Positions 60,966 through 64,000 of a stretch of DNA of 64,000 nt are shown here, piece after piece. Location: the NCBI GenBank assembly GCA_963700155.1, contig OY969472.1, positions 2,058 to 66,057 on the forward strand. Direction: 5' to 3'. The position numbers were made by a program, and so were the translations under genes. Each line of letters opens with the position of its first letter. Positions within the stretch are counted from its first letter, which is position 1. The DNA is from an uncultured bacterium. Lineage in GTDB: Bacteria > Patescibacteriota > Dojkabacteria > J137. The notes under the pieces were generated by a model. It was not told the DNA's origin. It saw nothing but the letters and a program-made list of their open reading frames with translations, and did not search any database.

Positions 60966-61373
60966 TTAATTAACTTGTGACTGAATATCTTTTAAAGCTT
61001 CTAAAAATGCTGCAGAAGTAGCTGATGAGCCACTTACAGCATGAAGGTCAAAATTGTTTTTTATCGATTTTCCTACTACTAAATTATTAATACTTTCTGA
61101 GAAATTACTTTGATATCTACTGCTAGTTTTATTACTTGAAGTATTTTTTACAACAAGATTATTTATTGTGTCACCCTCTAAATAAACAGTAACATCAATC
61201 TGCTCTGTACCCTCTGGTGAAGCATACTTTTTTGTTGCTGTATATGAATTACCAGAATTATTAATTATATTATTTTCTTTGACAGTAGAATTATTATTTA
61301 ATATTAAAATAATTACTATTACCATTACTAAAGCGATTATTACCCCAGCTACAATTAAAGTTCTGTTTTTCAT
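60966..61373 (-). CDS. Membrane-anchored FMN-binding (flavinylation substrate) protein
   Basis: N-terminal TM, Y.SP.G...I.V, YQ..F...I...VVGK.I, VSGSS.TS.AF..AL; adjacent to apbE. Confidence 0.82.
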   Translation of the reverse strand: MKNRTLIVAGVIIALVMVIVIILILNNNSTVKENNIINNSGNSYTATKKYASPEGTEQIDVTVYLEGDTINNLVVKNTSSNKTSSRYQSNFSESINNLVVGKSIKNNFDLHAVSGSSATSAAFLEALKDIQSQVN

Positions 61374-61431
61374 AGAGATAAATTAACTAAATAAGAAATT
61401 ATTTACAATTTAATATATAAATGATTCTCTT

Positions 61432-62196
61432 TCAATCAAAAATATATTTAAAAACACTTAGAATCGCAATTGCAGCAGTTTCACTTCGCAGAATAGTATT
61501 ACCAAAACTAACAAACTCGAGATTAGAATTTTTTGAAAGTGAATGCTCATTTGGTGAAAAGCCACCTTCAGGTCCTATGATATAAGCTATTTTTTTATAT
61601 TTTTCTTCATTACTTTCAAAAAATTCTTTTAAATTCATTGTAGTTTGCGATTCTTTAATATTGTCTCTAGGAATTGTGAAAAAGAAAACGATATCAAATT
61701 TATCTTTTAAATTTATTGCTTCTTTAAAACTTATCGGTTCTGATATATCAGGGATTTTAACTCTTTCAGATTGTTTTGATGCTGCGATTGTTACCTTTTT
61801 CCATCTTGATAGTCTTTTTAAAGCAACATCTCTTTTAATCTGAGAGAATTCAGTTTCAATCGGAACAATATTATCGATTCCTAATTCAGTAGTTTTTTCA
61901 ATAACCAAGTCGAATTTATTAGATCTTAAAAGCGATTGAAACAAGGTGATCTCTACACCACTTTCTTCGCTAAAATCTGCAACTTTAAGAATTTTCTTAA
62001 TATGAGCTGTAACAAATTCTCTACCAACTACATTCAATTCTGCTAAATATTCCTTTTCTCCATTAAAGAGAATTATTTCATTCCCTTTTTTCAATCTCAA
62101 AACATTTCTTATATGTTTGATATCACTATCTTGTAGTTTTACACTACTGTTGATTGTTAAATTAGTTCTTTCAGTAAAAAATCTATTTAGTCTCAT
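61432..62196 (-). CDS. rsmE: 16S rRNA m3U1498 methyltransferase
   Basis: HI..VLRL..G, K.TELG, AS.QS.R, IGPEGGFS..E, ILRSETA. Confidence 0.95.
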   Translation of the reverse strand: MRLNRFFTERTNLTINSSVKLQDSDIKHIRNVLRLKKGNEIILFNGEKEYLAELNVVGREFVTAHIKKILKVADFSEESGVEITLFQSLLRSNKFDLVIEKTTELGIDNIVPIETEFSQIKRDVALKRLSRWKKVTIAASKQSERVKIPDISEPISFKEAINLKDKFDIVFFFTIPRDNIKESQTTMNLKEFFESNEEKYKKIAYIIGPEGGFSPNEHSLSKNSNLEFVSFGNTILRSETAAIAILSVFKYIFD

Positions 62197-62855
62197 GATT
62201 GATTATTTTGACTTTCAATTTGATTAATTAAATCCCCAACTTTTGTTTTTAAGTCACCAAATGATGTCAAAGTAAATACTTTCCCATAGATCAGAACTGT
62301 TGGTGTTGATTGAGTCCCAGTCAAACTTATTACTTTTTGTTTTTCTTGTTTAATAATATTTTTTACCTCATCACCATTCATATCTGTTTGAAATTTATTA
62401 ACATCCAACCCAAGTTTTTGAGCAAGTTGAACTGGATCAACAGGATTTCCATAAAAAGATTTATCTGTATCACTATAAGTAAAGTCTGTATTATTTGGAT
62501 CTCTTTGATAAGAAACCCATTTAAATAAGTCATAACTGTAATCATCAAATTTACCCTGCATTCTTGCTGCTTCAGAAGCATATGCATAAGTTATTGAAGA
62601 ATCTGCCAGAAAAGGAAGATTCTTAGTTTCAACATCAACTTTATCACCATAGGTTGTTTTTACATCTCTCACATAATTTTCGAAATCTGCACAATGAGGA
62701 CAGTTATAATCGACATAAACATCAACTTTCACAGGTAAAGTTTCATTTACTGCAGTAATGCTGTTATTTTTTTGATTACTTAAAAGTACAAGAAAACCAC
62801 CACCTAAAACTAATATTAAGACTATCCATACTACACTTGGTATTTTCATAAACAA
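62193..62855 (-). CDS. DsbA-family thiol-disulfide oxidoreductase, membrane anchored
   Basis: N-terminal TM, DYNCPHC, EAA..QGKF, STPT cis-Pro loop. Confidence 0.88.
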   Translation of the reverse strand: MFMKIPSVVWIVLILVLGGGFLVLLSNQKNNSITAVNETLPVKVDVYVDYNCPHCADFENYVRDVKTTYGDKVDVETKNLPFLADSSITYAYASEAARMQGKFDDYSYDLFKWVSYQRDPNNTDFTYSDTDKSFYGNPVDPVQLAQKLGLDVNKFQTDMNGDEVKNIIKQEKQKVISLTGTQSTPTVLIYGKVFTLTSFGDLKTKVGDLINQIESQNNQS

Positions 62856-62860
62856 TTTTA

Positions 62861-63970
62861 TTAATAATTTAGATCAAAATCAGAATACAAAACTAATAAT
62901 TTCCTTCCACTTTCCTTTGCTGAATACTTATTAGCAGTTGCCAAAGCATTATATCTCATAAATTGTAAATCCTCCCAATTTTTATAAATATCTTTAATCT
63001 TATTTATTAACCCATCAATGTTTTCAACAATAAACCCATTTGATTCATTTACTACAACTTCACTTCCACCATTAGAATTGCTGCTAATAATATATACACC
63101 TCTACTCATTGCCTCTAACAGAGTGAACGGCATAGCTTCGCGTATGCTTGGAAGAACATAAATATCTGAATTTGCTAATTCTGCAATAAATTCTTCTTCG
63201 TTATATTTTTTTTGAATAATTTCAACATTAGATAATTCTGAACTAAAATCTTGGTATCCACTTAGTGGTCCAACAATTTTAAAATTATATTGTTGTAGTT
63301 TTGAAGCGGCCTGAATGATCCATTCAGGCCGCTTGACTGGATCAATTCTTCCCATATAAATTATTGAATTCTTTGGTTTAGCATCAATTATATTAGGCTT
63401 ATTTTTCAAAAAAATATCTTTAATCCCATTTGAAATTAATATAGAGTTTTTTAAACCTAAATTTAAAAGATATTTGTTTTCCCATTTACTTATTCTTATT
63501 ACTCTTGAGTATATTTTTAATTCCCACCAACCAATGAATATATCATAAAGCGTATCAATAATTTTCAATAATACTGGTCTCTGCGTATCTTTCTCAAAAG
63601 GAGCATGAGTAGTTAAAAAAATTGTTTTTGAATTTAATTTACCCCAAATTAATGAAAGTAAACTATGAGGATGTCTATATCCATGGGTATGAATAATTTC
63701 AGGATTTACTTTATGTATCTTGCCTAAAAAATTCCAAAACATAGATGTACCGCCAAGTTTAAGAAAAACATTAAACCTATAAATCTTTAATCCTTCATAT
63801 TCTTCATAATCTGAAGACTTATCTTTTGTTCCTTTAATAATGTTTGACGAAAAGATAGAAACATCATAACCATTATCTCGTAATGTAATTGCATCATTGT
63901 AAACACGAGTCCAGATACCACAAGCTGAAGGATAAGAGAATGGACATAATATCAGGACTTTTTTATTCAT
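62861..63970 (-). CDS. Glycosyltransferase family 4
   Basis: IHTH, NG, GRI...K, LPS..E......LEAM..G. Confidence 0.9.
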   Translation of the reverse strand: MNKKVLILCPFSYPSACGIWTRVYNDAITLRDNGYDVSIFSSNIIKGTKDKSSDYEEYEGLKIYRFNVFLKLGGTSMFWNFLGKIHKVNPEIIHTHGYRHPHSLLSLIWGKLNSKTIFLTTHAPFEKDTQRPVLLKIIDTLYDIFIGWWELKIYSRVIRISKWENKYLLNLGLKNSILISNGIKDIFLKNKPNIIDAKPKNSIIYMGRIDPVKRPEWIIQAASKLQQYNFKIVGPLSGYQDFSSELSNVEIIQKKYNEEEFIAELANSDIYVLPSIREAMPFTLLEAMSRGVYIISSNSNGGSEVVVNESNGFIVENIDGLINKIKDIYKNWEDLQFMRYNALATANKYSAKESGRKLLVLYSDFDLNY

Positions 63971-64000
63971 ACACGTATTTTACAATATTAAAATGAAATA

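Overview
Very AT-rich, densely packed bacterial chromosome segment read with standard code 11. Gene content and style (many orphan ORFs, tail-to-tail abutting genes, giant Ig-repeat surface protein, phosphoketolase, GldA/F/G-like ABC, efp-epmA) suggest a Patescibacteria/CPR organism, possibly Dojkabacteria (inference only). Most of the window is housekeeping: repair (rarA, radA, umuD, MPG, LigD-Pol), murF/ddl, ABC transporters, msrA/msrB, pepF, rsmE, dsbA and an ApbE/FMN-binding/ferric-reductase flavinylation module. The most striking locus is a tRNA-Gly(TCC) at 30957-31028. It is preceded by two 107-bp tandem units that duplicate the tRNA 5' end and fold into a Y-shaped structure. It is followed by a ~5-kb array of four cargo cassettes separated by a conserved 27-bp repeat ending in the tRNA 3' core ACCCGCTT, with no recombinase in the window. 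The cargo is a serine hydrolase, a self-contained 27-aa Gly/Pro peptide gene, an orphan, and an HhH-glycosylase/kinase/PfkB/MazG operon. A 3636-aa protein fuses an N-terminal receiver-like domain to a giant repeat adhesin. Three genes carry single +1 frameshifts, probably sequencing errors.
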